Shown piece by piece: positions 1-13,720 of a DNA stretch of 64,000 bases. The stretch is from Felis catus (lineage: Eukaryota), in contig NC_058368.1 in the NCBI RefSeq assembly GCF_018350175.1, forward strand, positions 52,640,001 to 52,704,000, read 5' to 3'. The first letter of the stretch is position 1; each line of letters starts with the position of its first letter. The position numbers were made by a program, and so were the translations under genes. The notes under the pieces are model-generated. The model worked only from the letters and a program-made list of their open reading frames with translations, had not been told where the DNA came from and searched no databases.

Positions 1-2286
1 AACAATCAGGAAAGGAAAGATCATGCAACAGCGGGAAGAGCACTGCAAATATCAGGGTTACCAGGAGTCACCCAGAAACCTTTAAAATAATTTAAAGTGG
101 TGATAGAACAAGTAACACAGTGTGTTTCTATTGATGCAGTAATCCTTAACCCTTGAACTTAACTTGTACTTGCACCAAGAAGTCAGTAGAATGGTTTCTA
201 GTTGCTGTACCAAGGCAATTCCCCATAGTTTAATTGATTGGGAATGGTGCTGATTTTCTCATTTAAATTGTCCACAAAGCACTTAAAAAAAAACGCGACT
301 CTTTGCTGGAATTATTATTCTATGATAATAAAAAACAGAGAAACTAGTAAATGGATCAAGATTAACACTGCGCTGTGAGATCTAAATACATCAAAGATAG
401 ATGGATATATCAGAGCTATGATTTCCTCAATTCTTTGCAAGGTAACCAAAGCAATTCCAAGAAGTCTTACTTTATTAGAAATTGGATTTCTTAAATATTA
501 TCTAAGTTCACAGTGAGCAGACAGCTACCTTGAAAGTGGGGCTAAGAGAAGATAAAATTCAAAGGTTTGAAAATAAGTAAAGGAGAAGCAAGATGCTTTG
601 AGTCATTAACAGCACAACGCAGGCACATAGAGATACAAAAACAGCTAAAAAGGCAAGGACAAAATTAAACAGTAATGATGATTTATAGTAAGATACTCTG
701 AGACATGACAGAAGTCTCAGTACACCAAAAGGAAAATCTTGTTTGCTCAAATTATTTGTTTCTTCTGTCTAATGAATGTAATTCTAATATACAAGTGATA
801 ACACTGGCATTTCTTTGAAATGTTGATTCAGTTTAATTATGAAAATCACCAAGGTATTTTCTAGCTGCTGCATCACTCCCTGTACTAAGATTAATCACAT
901 CAACATCATTCATTTAATCTTCAAAGAGGAAGCAGTTGTCCACAAAAGCCTTCAAATAGCTTCATTAGTGCAATTTTTCAGTCTCAAACACTTAGCTGGC
1001 AGCCTATGATTGAGAGTAAGGTCATTATATTCATCTATTTCCTAATCTAATTTTTTTAATGTTTCTACATTTAATGTAGAAATGTGCAAGTGTGGAGTTT
1101 TTGCCTTCTCTTTGTTTGGCAAACAGCCCAAAACGTGAGGAAAATATGGATTGTGATTGACAAAATATTTGTTTGCTGGGGCTTCAATGCAAGAAATGTA
1201 ATGTGGCAGGCCCCAAACTGGCACATTTTCCCTTTTGGGGTTTGTTTAGTGTGAAAAGGGCTGGACCTAGAAGTGTCATGTTTTCTTGTCTCTTACAAAG
1301 AAAAACTTGAACATGAGAGACATTCCTTCCATTCAGGAACTCCAGTTAAAAGAGACATCACAAATAAAATTTATTTAGTGTTTTAAAATGCAAGATGGAT
1401 TTTATATTTAAAAACAGAAATGGCCAACCTCACTTATGTTTCATTACTAAAACCACTTTTAGCATCCTTCCCTTTGTTAAGAGCATTAATAATTTCTTCC
1501 CCTATTGGAAACCAATAAGCATCAGAGTCCCATAAAATAACACCGTAATAATTGATGCGTTGATCAAATCACAGTATCAATCATTTAAAAATTACCAATG
1601 CAATCAAAAGCATTCTCAGAGACTTAGAGCAGAGCCTGGCAGCAACAGGGGTGTGGCGGTTGAGTTATTTGTAATTACTGTACCTACTTTGAAGTGTTAT
1701 AAGATGTGTCAGAAAGTAAAATTTGCTGAGCCCTATTACCAAGAATCAAAACTTACTAACTGCTGCTTTAAACTCTGCATCAAGAAATGATTTATTTGAC
1801 TCCTGACTGGTCCACTTGCAGAAATCATTGCATTGCAATATTCAGTGACTGTGCAAAGGAGAAGGAAAGCATAAATCATGCAAAGACATTCTCAAGTTAA
1901 TATCTGGGGACCATATGATGCCAAATTTTTAAGGCAAGATCTGCAGATGATGGGACAAATAATAGATGGGATAAAAATGCTGTGGGTAAAGGCAAAGGAT
2001 TAGGGCTTTTGGTCATGAAAACAGTTCAGAAGCACGCAATGATCTGCGGCAATTATACAAATTTTGTTTCCACAAATGACATATAGACGATCACTGTATT
2101 TAAAGTACTAACTTCTTTTAAACTGCTTTAAAATAAAAACTATAATGAGTTTTTGTGGAACTAAATTCTAACTGATAGGACATAATTTTAAGATAAATTA
2201 TAAAGATCAGAATAACCCCAGCTTGAAAAAGCCAGTGTTGCCATTTGTCCAGCCACAGGTGAAGTCACCAGGATAAAATGCAACTA

Positions 2287-2627
2287 CATTTGGCCTTTGA
2301 ACAACACGAGTTTGAACTGCATGGATCCACTTACATGCAGATTTTTTTTTCAATAAATAGATTACTGTTCTGTAAATGTGTTTTCTCTTCCTTATGATTT
2401 TCTTCATAACAATTTCTTTTGTCTAGCTTACTTTATTGTAAGGATACAGTGTATGATACATATAACATACAAAATATGTTACTCACCTGTTTGTGTTACC
2501 AGTAAGGCTTCTGGTCAATAGCCCTCTATTAGTAGTTCTGTTTTGGCTGAGTCAAAAGTTATATGCAGATTTTTGACTGAGCAGGGGGCTGGCGCCCCTA
2601 ATTCCTGTGTTGTTAGCAGATTACCTG
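2287..2627 (+). mobile_element. Non-autonomous TcMar-Tigger DNA transposon (Tigger2a-like)
   Basis: Starts cattt-ggcctttgaacaacacgagtttgaactgc and ends ...gtgttgttagcagattacctg (degenerate TIRs). Flanked by TA on both sides. Confidence 0.75.
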
Positions 2628-3488
2628 TATATGAAAGAGGAGCAAGAAATTGCATTATTTACAAATGTGTACGTTATCTACATATATACATATATTACAA
2701 TATGATGATCAGGAGAAAGAGCTTTGTGCATTCTTAACTCATGTTGTGTTAAACATTCAGCCAAATATACAGATAAGAAAGATAAACCCTGTTCTCTTGA
2801 GATGCCATAACTCTGGTAGAAAAACAGGAACACAAACATATCTTTGTAACAGAAGGCAATGTGAGGTAAGTACCTAAGGAGAAGAAAAACATGCCTAGGA
2901 ATTCATAAGTAGGTTTCCTGGCTGAAAGATCAAGGAAGGCTTCATGGAATGACAACATCTGGGGTTCTAAGGATGGGTAAGATGTTAAAGGGTCAAGACA
3001 GGGAAAGAGAAGATTACATCTTAGAGTTTAAAATATTCTATCTACCCTTCCCAACATCTAATGCATATCTGCAGAGAATGATAAAAGTTCTCTTAACTTC
3101 ACAAGCGTCAAAATGATTTTTTGTAACAATATACAAATAAACTTAGAAAGACTCAATGCTCATTCCAGTTGATATTTCTAAAAATGAGCCTAAAATATCC
3201 AGTTTAATGGTTCGTGTTAGGCAGTTAATCCAATTCATACAAAGAGATTAAAACAAAAACCAGTAAACCTGAGCAAGTGTACTTAAACATGTTTCGAAAA
3301 ACAGATGCATCTACTTTTCAAATAACAAAAAGAAAATTATTTTATTCATGTAAAATCTGGCTGGAAATAAAAATTATAATTTAGAGAAAATGTTTAAAAC
3401 TGTAAATTATGTAATTTCATGGATTCTTTTATTGTTTCTTCCCTCCCAGCCTCCTTCCCTCTTTCTGTCTCAAAATATATATACATAT

Positions 3489-3490
<2 letters not shown>

Positions 3491-3525
<35 letters not shown>
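3491..3525. repeat. (GT)17 microsatellite
   Basis: Direct read. Confidence 0.97.
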
Positions 3526-3526
<1 letters not shown>

Positions 3527-6339
3527 ATTCCCCTCACTGAAAGCAGAGCATTCCTATAAAAGTTTTCATAAGCCAAACTGGTGTAAAGGAAAGACTCAAT
3601 TACCATTAATCTATATGGAAAAATTTTTGAGAGTCCCCAGACCCCAAAAATTACCTCTCTTAGATTTTTCTTATACCTTAGGCCACGTCTTGTTAATGGA
3701 CACACACAATAAACTGAGATAAAGCACAGATGTTCACAGGCACAGCTCAAAGGCTATGGCTGCTTGATGCTGAGATGCTGAGGGTGGTTCCCAGGGAAGG
3801 GGATTGGGGGTGCCGTTCTCGTTGCTTGGGATGCATGCTGCCTCTATAAGGGCACGTGCAAAACAAACTCTGAATGCCATTTTTGCTTCTCACCTTTTTT
3901 CATAAAACAAAAATCTTCAGATTTCTTTTGGTTAGCAAAACAAGTACTAATGTAGGTCTTTCATAAAAGCAAAGTAGCATAACGTGGACTTTTGAAACTC
4001 AGGGGATACCTGCATGCCTGAGGTTCGAGGTGGAAATTTGCTAACAGATAAAAGTGGATCTCATCAAAACACCTGTAGTAATATAGAATCCAAATATCAT
4101 TTAATAAAGAGCAGAAGATAAAGCAAATAATGAATACAGCTTACTGAATCCATCTAATTCACAAGCACCTCTGACGTGCTTCTGTTCATTTCAATCATCA
4201 TCTTAAAAGTAAGAAAGCTGTCTTGCAGTATTGGACAATATTGGGAAATAGACAAACCAAAACAGTCTCAGGAATAACAAATGTGTATTCCTGTTTGCCA
4301 GCATATAAAGGATAAGTACAGGTGGTTTGACAAAATATGAAGAGTTCATGAAACAAAACTAATCATATACAAACTAATACCTAATTTGGGTCCTATTCTG
4401 GAATGTGTCTCACTAATATGAGAATATGCAGTGGCTCTTTTAACTGCAAGTAACTGAGAAGCCTCTTTCACAGAACTCTAAGGAGCTTAGAATCACCTTT
4501 CTGACCATCTTTCCTGTCTTCTATATATCCTCATAAAATATTTACTGTTCTTCTGAATGACCACTCTGATTATCCTTCGACTCCTTTCAGATTCCCTGAT
4601 GATGTCATGGAAATGTTAAACCCATTATGCTAAGTTAGGACCTCCATCTGCAGTGACCTCTTGGCACAAGCTTCGAGGACAGCATGATATTTTTACATAA
4701 AAGTTAGTCTTCATTCAAATCCTCGAGGTCTGATCCTGAAAAAACACTGACAGCTCAATCAACCCTAATAAATACTTAACTAGGTCCATGGAAAAAATAA
4801 TAATACAATTCCCCCCAAAAATCCATTACATATTCACAATTGAGTCATAAAAATGTCTATTAAATGTACAATTATTTTACCACATTTTTATTGGAAAACA
4901 AGCATTTATCCTAATTTACAGGTTTAACCCAAAGGTGGTACATGACATTCCTTTTCATTAAGCTATTAGGGGAGTGACGAGTGATGGCGCTCAGCTCTAA
5001 TTATCTTTAATGTAGTGTTTCAAATTGATCATGCATAATGCAATTACAAATCATAATTAAATTAATTTGTATTGATTTAAGATTTTATAAGTTGTTAATA
5101 ACTACAGTGTCGTACATCTATTTCCATGAGCTGACATTAATATTTTCAAATGCCAAAGCACTTCCTCCTTTTTTCCTCCAATTTTGTTCTCGTTAAAAAG
5201 TTCACAAACATACTGGGTGTTGTATGGAAACCAATTTGACGATAAATTTCATATTAAAAAAAAAAGTTCACAAACTTGTCACTACTTTACGGCAGGGAAA
5301 GGTAACTTCAAAACCTTACAAGTAGAAGTCTGAGTATTTAAATAAGGTTTCTCCAAGAAATGATTTCTAATGCATTTGTAGCTTGAGGGTCTTCTACATT
5401 TAGAAGTATACATGTCTTTGAAACACCCTTGTCCTCCCCCATCCCCTGCCTATCCAGCCCACCACAGCTGCCTTCTTGGCTGGCTAGTAAGTCTTTGCAC
5501 ATCATACCAGCTTCTGATTGACTGACTCCCCAAAACCAATGGAAATGCAGAAGTCCTTTCTTCAGTATTACAGGGGGTGGAGAAGAATCTGGACGCCACT
5601 AGGAGGTTCAAGCAAACTTTAGCCAGCAACAAAACCCAGGGAGGTGGGCCTTCCTAGAGACTTCCCTGGTCTCCTCATAGTCACCACATTCAGGGAATAA
5701 AATTCCCTCAGAAATCTCCACACCTGAAGACAAAGTCCTAGTAGACATCTGTTCTAGTAGATGGCAGTCCAGGGAAAACCAGGAGCACCTCCTCCCCCTG
5801 TTTTTCTCAAGAACCGACGGGGAAGATGGGACAAGGAGAAGAGTAAGAAAAGAGTGGGATGGGTTAATGACTCGAAAAGCCCCCAGCAGTATGTTTTTGT
5901 AACAGGGACAAATATTGAGCAAATTTGCCAATTCGGTCTGACCTGTTTTGTCACATTCTAAAAAAGTATTCCTTCACCTCCTAAAACTGAAACTGTAAAT
6001 CCAGCTGGACCCATGGCATAAACCACAGAGAGACATAATCTCCTCTATCCACCTTCCACAAGCCTGGCAACTGGGGGAGGGTAGATGGTCGCTTTCATGC
6101 GGAAGGGTGGGCCGAGAGTTGAAGGGGATATTTTAGTGTCCTTCTCTAAGTGTATAAAATGTCTTAATATTCTATGAGGGGGAAATGAAGCAATCAGATT
6201 GGGGGGCGAGGTGGGGGTTGGAAATGGAAGTGAAATGTCTATGAGAAAGGCTCAGAAGTTAATATTACGGGTAGAGTTTCCTCATCCCAGCGCTCCTCTC
6301 TAAGACGGGTCAGTAACAGGCACCTACTAAGCTTCAGGA

Positions 6340-6900
6340 GTGCACGGTCATAGCAAGTTGAGGCCGGAAGTCCCCTAAGTCCCCTGGTGGTCTTGGCGGA
6401 GCGCGAGGCTTGCTGCTCACTAGCGACCCCTCCAGCTCTCAGGGGGAAACAAGCCGATGCCCGAGAGCACCCCGACACTGGTCCCGGGCGCGGCGCCCAG
6501 CGCCTTTCCGAGGGTCGTCCCAGCAGGACAGTCCCATCCCGGAGCGCCGCAAGCCCCCCCGCCAGCCCTGCCCTGCGTGCGAGCGGCTCCGGAGCCGCGT
6601 GCTGGCATCGAGTTCCAGGGCAGCCCTGGCAAGGGAACTCGGACACTTTCGAGAAGAGCACCCCTTTCATCACCGCGAGACAGAAGCTGATGTCTCGGGG
6701 ATCCTGAGAGTAAACTGAGCAGGAGAGGAAAACATGCGAACACCCAACTCAGGTGGAACCGACGCGGGGCTCCGAGGAAGGGAAGCCCAGCGAAGAGCGA
6801 AGGTGGAAGCAGAGGGTCCAAGGGGCTCCTCCCCTGTACTGGCCACCTTAGGCTTGAACTCTAACGTGCGGGGTCGAACTACCGCGACGGTTTCAGATAA
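6340..6900. promoter_or_regulatory. Orphan CpG island
   Basis: CpG-dense ~550 bp inside AT-rich flanks. Confidence 0.7.
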
Positions 6901-6952
6901 AAACAAGCTTGAGCAATACTTTCTCTACACATCCCCTAGTTATTGAAAAGTA

Positions 6953-6955
<3 letters not shown>

Positions 6956-6983
<28 letters not shown>
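6956..6983. repeat. (AC)14 microsatellite followed by a C-rich tract to ~7046
   Basis: Direct read. Confidence 0.95.
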
Positions 6984-9900
6984 GCCCCCCTTCCCCCACC
7001 CCCCTACCTCCCTCCCACTCCCCCTCCCTGCCCCCCCCCACCCCCGGGCAAGAAAGCAAAAGCAAAGGGGGTCCAAAACTTGACTGGGTTGCCAGGCCCA
7101 GTTCTTCCCTTAGCCGAGGTGCAACCCAGTCTACCCCGCAGCCACCTTGCCAAGTAGGCGGGACTGCATCCATAGGACACGCCACGTGGACAAATGCAAG
7201 CGATCGGTTGTTCCAGGTTTCTGAGGCCTCAGCCAAGTCTCGTCACCAACTGGTAAAATCAGTTCTCCAGCCTGATTTCTGAAGACTTGTCTTTTGAGTC
7301 AAGCATAACAGAGGGGTCCCCGGTGGTGTCTCATTCTCCCCAACACTACACGGAAAAACTCCAATGGACCCTTGTCCCCTAGTCTAAGATTTCAGAAAGA
7401 ATCTTGAGTTGTGAAGGGATCTTTGCATTAAAAGGTGCTGGACGGAGAAGGGGTAGGAGTGGGGCGGAACAAATATTTTCAAGCAATCTCCATACACATT
7501 GCTATATCGAAGAGTAAAATTAATTCAGTCAACACATTATTTTCCTTAACTCCAAATACTCAGAAATGGAAATACGGATTTCCTTGAACTTGAGTTACAA
7601 CTTGGCAGTAGACTCAACACTCAGATTCAACCCTGAGCTTGAAATGCCAGCCATTAATTCTCCTGTGTGCATTGTCCCTGGGATGGTGATGATGAAGCCC
7701 TACCCTCCAGGAATTAGAACATTTTGGGGGAGGGGGGGAGAGGGGGATTCCATCCATAGAAGATTTAAGATTTAAAAAACAAGACTCTGGTTTTAATAAA
7801 GTCATACAACTGAGGCTGAATGTTAAGTGTTTGGAAAAAGAAGGTTTCGTATTTTGTGAGGTTTAGGGTGGGTTTCCATTTTTGGGTTTTGGTTTTTTTT
7901 TTTTGGTATCGGTATGTGTGACTAGCAGTGCGGGTTGTTAAGTTTCCAAGCAGGAATCAGCTTAAAATGCATGGATTCTATTATATGTACAATTTAATCA
8001 CAAGGTATTTAAAATAGACATTTCCATCTAAAATCCAATCAGAAATCAACACAGTTCCTCCAGGCATTAGATGATCATCTCGATTTTGCATTTGTAAACT
8101 GGGAGAAATAAATGTGACTTGTGGATACCAAGAGGTCAAGTACGGCTGCTCAAATATTTTTCTTACAAAATGACGGATTTATTAGACAAATAAGTAGCCC
8201 GGCTGATGCAAAACCCCCAGTGATTGAATTTTGACGTTAAGTCAACAACAACTCGAACTACATCAGTGCTTCAAGATTTAGTTATGATGGTAGAGATTAC
8301 TGAACAAATAAGAGCCAGAAATGAATACAGATTTCTGAGGATCTGCCCCTGGCACCCTCTTCTTGACATTCTCCTCCATATGCTTCCCCTCTCCAGACTG
8401 TATTATAATTAAAGGACTTGCCTGTGCCTTGTGATTGGAAAATAACTTTAAAATAATTAGGCATATTTTTCTGTTAAAAGCAACAACAACAACAAAAGAA
8501 ACAGGCTCAGAGAGAAAGCCAATTGAGTTTCATTATAAATTCCCTCATGGCCTGAAAGTCACCCACAATTAGGAGGGAGGGAGCATGCAGTGGGTGCTGA
8601 GTTTTGTTTTGTAAATATCTTATTTTCATTAAGAATTTTGATAACCTACTCTCCTACCCTTTCCCCCCCTTTCTCTTAAACTGCTTTGTAAAAGAATTGA
8701 GGGCTTGGGCCATGTTAGTATCCCACTCGCGGATCTGAATCCACTGCTAAATAATTAAGCCGACCGTAGACTTTCAGGAGTATTTAGATTTCACCTTTCC
8801 TGGGTCAATGGCTCAGTTTCTCCCCAAAGCGGCAGACCCCAACCCCCCTTCCCGGGACTGGGGAGGGGGACTGGCCATGGTGCTGAAAATCCTGCGTGAA
8901 TCTTGTGGGAAGGAAGGGCACTATTCATGAAGGCTTTAGCTCGTCATAAAAGGGGGCTTAAATAATTGAGATTACATTTAAGCATAAAACAGTTCATTTC
9001 TCATCTTTTCATGGAGAAAGGGGCTAATCTGCTCCTAGTGTGAAAATCTCTTTTATTTATTCTGTGTGGGACTTCCTGATTGCAGTGGAATTGGTGACTT
9101 AATTTCCATTTAAGTCTTCTTGAGCCAGCCAAGAACTCATTCCTTCTACCCTCTCTTTCTCTTATTCATCAATTTTTGGCCATAGTTTGTCCCCCCTATT
9201 CTATGGAACTGCTTATTTTGCAAGGATAAATCTACATTTGATTTTAAGGCTACATTTGATCAAGGGCTTGACACAATTTTTCTCTGTAGCTAGAAATTTG
9301 CTTTCTGGGTATCAAGACACAGACTGCTAGAGGCAACAAACTGGTACCAGATCTTTATCCCAGATTTTATTTAAATGCAGTAATAATTGTATTCTGTAAA
9401 ATAAGTTGCCCATCCAGGCTCCTCTCCCAGTCTGCCATATTCTCCTCCCACGTATGCATATACCCATAATTTCTACAGATGTTTTCATATGCTGGTTTTT
9501 AAAATCATCTATTGTATTAGTTGTTTTCCCAAAAAAACCTGAAAATACAAAAATTGCTAACCCTACAATAGTAATAGAATTCATAAGTAGAAAGAAATGT
9601 TTCATAATTATTTGCCATTCCTCGGGATTAATAAGTTGTGCAATTGAAGCCCTTCTACTACTTCTCTATTCTTCTTCCTTTTTTTAATATTGAATAGTAT
9701 CTTCAGTCCAATAATACATCTGTTTACAGTTTGCCTGAACTTGTTTCTGGATTTATATTTCAATATGCTCCTTAGGATGCAAAATTCCTGTCAAATTAAA
9801 GAGTGCTCATGTCTTGCCCGCTTCCAGCAAATCACTTGCAGCATCTAATAAATCCAGCTGGGGTTCCTTCCATAGCCCGATGCTGTTGAAATCATTATTG

Positions 9901-12756
9901 TCCTGCCTTGTTTCATGTCAGAGGCCTCTTCGCCTCATCTGTCATGAAACCAATTTCACTTTATTTACATCCATTTGCTAGTTTAATTACTGTGCTGATG
10001 AATAGCCTGAAGGAATTAAGTTACGAGTCTTTGGAAACCCAAAGCGACAGATATATGGGCTACCTTTTAACTACAGGGAAAGAAATGAAGGCCAGTGTGC
10101 ATGCACCAAAATTTAAAGATAATAAGTGTTTCTGTCTACACAGCTACTCTTGAAATTCAGGATGATCTTGTTTTTATGTATTCATCATCTTCTGGATGAA
10201 ATATAGTGCTTTAGAACCTCTCATATTTACAGATTCACTGCAGTTCTATACAATACCATTCTCCATTTTTTAATGGTTTTTTTGGTTTTGTTTTTCCAAA
10301 AGAGTTACAGATGATTTTCCAGCCAAACCAAATAATACAATGTGCTGGTGTTTTGGCACTTCCAATGTTAACCTTTCCTTGTAACTGAGAACCTTACTTC
10401 TACATAAACACAAATAGGTGCCTCTGTAAAAATTAAGAATATTTAACATATCCAATCTAATATACAGCATAAAGTATTCCATTAATATTCTATAAATAAT
10501 GCAATAGATGACATTTATATAATTTTTGTTTATCACTGAGCACAATCTCACAAGTATCTTTTTCAATATATTTTTTAATCATAAATAAGAGCATTCTGCT
10601 CTCTTTTTTGCAAGTCCAATATAATAGAGTCCTATGAATCTACGTTAATGACAGATGTTTTATGATACGGATGTATAATCTATGCTTTCAAATATATATA
10701 TAAGTAGTCAATCATTTGCATATATATTTTAAAACCTATGATCAATAAACTTTTTGGTCATTCCATTATACTATAAATTAACACTGTAAATAATGCCTAC
10801 TAATAATGACATTAAAAATCATTTTCAAGGGTATCCTTTCCTAAATTTTATAATTATACACTTTGAAACTTAAAATTGATAATCCAGAATTAAGTCCTCA
10901 TATGGTTCATCATCATTGACTACCAATTAAAACAATAACAATACCTTAATTGATATTTGATTTTATATTTTCTGTATCCCCAGGTAGCATCACACATGAA
11001 AACAATGCAACTTTTAAATCTAAGTGTCTATATGTTTTCCTTTCATTGCTCTGTTTGTGATTTTAACATCAGCACTTTCATGTTAGGTTATGGCACATGA
11101 AAAATATATTCACCATTTCAAGAAAGAATGTAATTTTTTTCTTATAGACTCAATGTTTCATTCACCTGTAGCAGACTTACTCATCTATACCTTCTCCACG
11201 TTGAGGACATAATTACTTCTAAGGTTGTGCAAACTTTCTAAACTATTTATCTAACCGAAATTTGTTTTTAACATTCAAGGACAAGAGATAGTTCTAAACA
11301 AAGCAGAAATGAGAAAGATGGGAGTTTTAAATACTTTCTCATTTCCTCTCCCGTTAAAAGAATTAAATACTTTTTGTACCCTGTAGACTCTGAAGTTTCA
11401 TTGATCATAAAGCCAGCCTGAAGAAAGGGATAAAAATGTAAACACTTTATATTTACTCTCAGAAGAACTACGGTGGTGAAAACTCTACTGTATACATAGA
11501 TCTGTATTAATAAATTACATATTCATTACAAATGCTCCAGGTGCCTCCCTCCACACCCCCTGCCATCCCCTAAACACATATTTGCCCCATTCCCCCTCCC
11601 CCTCTACTTTTAATAAAGCTCATCTACAAAACAACCTATATAACAAAACAACATTTTTTTGTATCAAGTCTTTCTTATAAAAGTTTTGCGATAAAGGAAC
11701 CCTAAACAAGATCTTTCAGATGAAATTCCTTTCTAATAGAGCCAGATACTCTTTCATTTCTTCTAGCAGAGATTTATGAACAGTCTTTAACTCGACAGAA
11801 AAAAATTTGCATTGGTTGAATCTTTAGCTATTTTTATTCATTTTTAATAAAAGAAATGGGAATGATGGGGGTTTAAAACGCTTTCTCTACCCCTCTTCCC
11901 CTCCCCCATTGCTCTCATTCTCCCCCTTTCGAAGACCCTCTCCTCCCTCTCCAGCTCTTTTTGATTAATAGATCCATGTGGCTAACGGCCTGACATATGG
12001 TGTGCGAAGCAGCTTGAGATAGTACCTTAGGCATCCCCTACGGCCATTAACATATTAGGGGCTTATGTGCAGTCAGACAGTCAGACCTCATCGAGAGCCG
12101 GCGTTTTCAGAAAGGCTGCACCCCAGAGCTGTTTGATAGAGAGTTTCAATAATGCACCATTCTTCAATTTTAAGCATTGCTTCTAGTGCTGAAACACTGG
12201 GACAAAACCAGAATAAAGTTTAGAAATGAGACTCAGTTACATTCAACAACAACAGTAAAATTGTGCCTACATCTGTTTGTACATGGATATGCACGTGGAG
12301 ATACAGCTTCAAGCTCACAAACACACGTCAGCTCCTGAGTATTATCAGTAAACAGGCAGCGTCGTCTGCCTGGATTTATTTTGTTTAAAGATTTATTTTG
12401 TTTAAAGTCCTCTTTATGCCAAAAATACTAACAATGCGATTACAGAACAGTTACTGATAGGGATGATAAAGCAAAAATAAAATACAGTAGAATGTTTAAG
12501 AAATAAACTCCTCTGCATCATGTAGCTTGATGCTTTTCCCTCGTAGAAGAACTTAAGTGCATTTTTACATCTGTAGCTTTGAAATAAGAAAAAGAGGAGG
12601 AAAATAATGAAAATTTTAACTTTAAAAGATGTGATAATATTTTAGATACATTTGCAGATCAAAGCTCTTGGAAAGGTAACTATTCTTGCTCTACAAAACC
12701 TGGAAGTTTACAAACAAAAGTCTTGACAATAACTCTGAAGGTGGGGAAAGCCTCTA

Positions 12757-12758
<2 letters not shown>

Positions 12759-12836
<78 letters not shown>
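12759..12836. repeat. Compound (AT)20(GT)19 microsatellite
   Basis: Direct read. Confidence 0.97.
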
Positions 12837-12838
<2 letters not shown>

Positions 12839-13149
12839 ATACACACACACATATACATCTGGTGAGGGAGATGATATACAAAATCAAAGAAGGCATCCCA
12901 CTTGAAGCTTATTTCATTCACTTTAACGGTTTAACGGCATAACTGAAGCTAGAAATTCGCTTTACCCAACGTTCTTATTCCAGCCTCCTGCTGATAAACC
13001 ACTGTACCCCTTTTGAACTGTACTCTGGCTGTTTGCTTGGCAAATAAATGCTGTTCCGCCCTATTAAACCTTTTAGGTAGTTTCATCTTCTGATTTCTCA
13101 AATACAGAGCTAATAAGGAGGTGCTTTGATGCTGTTTTACTTTCAAACT

Positions 13150-13720
13150 ATAGCCTCGAGGCGTTGAAACGCGCAAAAGGTAACCGAAAAAGTAAATTGC
13201 CACGAGCAAGGCGCACCCTCCCTTTCAAAATCGCTCCGACCCTGTGCAGTGCACTGCGTGGCAGCCGAAAATCGCCTGTTCCTGGGCAGAACTACGTCCC
13301 GTCGGCAGCCCCTGGGGTTCTGAACCCGCGCCACGTTACCAGGGGGATGAGGAGAGGGGGATGCACTTTTAAGTTTAAAAGCCCTAGGATCCCTTGGGGG
13401 AAGAGAAAAGCAGAGGAGGTAGAGACTGGAAAGCTTCTCAAAAGTTGATTCTAGGCAAACAAATATCAGATGGGAGTGAAGATTAAGATACAACAACTTG
13501 TTTAAGCAGCTAGTAATAAAACTTTTGCATGAGGCGTGGCGGCGATGCGCAATAGTCTGCTCACAGGGGCTCAGCCGGCTCTCAAACACCGGGCTCAGTT
13601 TACATTTTGGAGGGAAGACCCCCGCGCGCGTTCATGCCTCGCACACACTTGATTCTCGGAGGCACGCGCACACACATACACGCACACACGGACGCACGCG
13701 CGCGCGCGCACACACACACA
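13150..13720. promoter_or_regulatory. Small CpG-rich island with alternating purine-pyrimidine tract
   Basis: Elevated CpG; (CG)n/(CA)n run. Confidence 0.55.
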
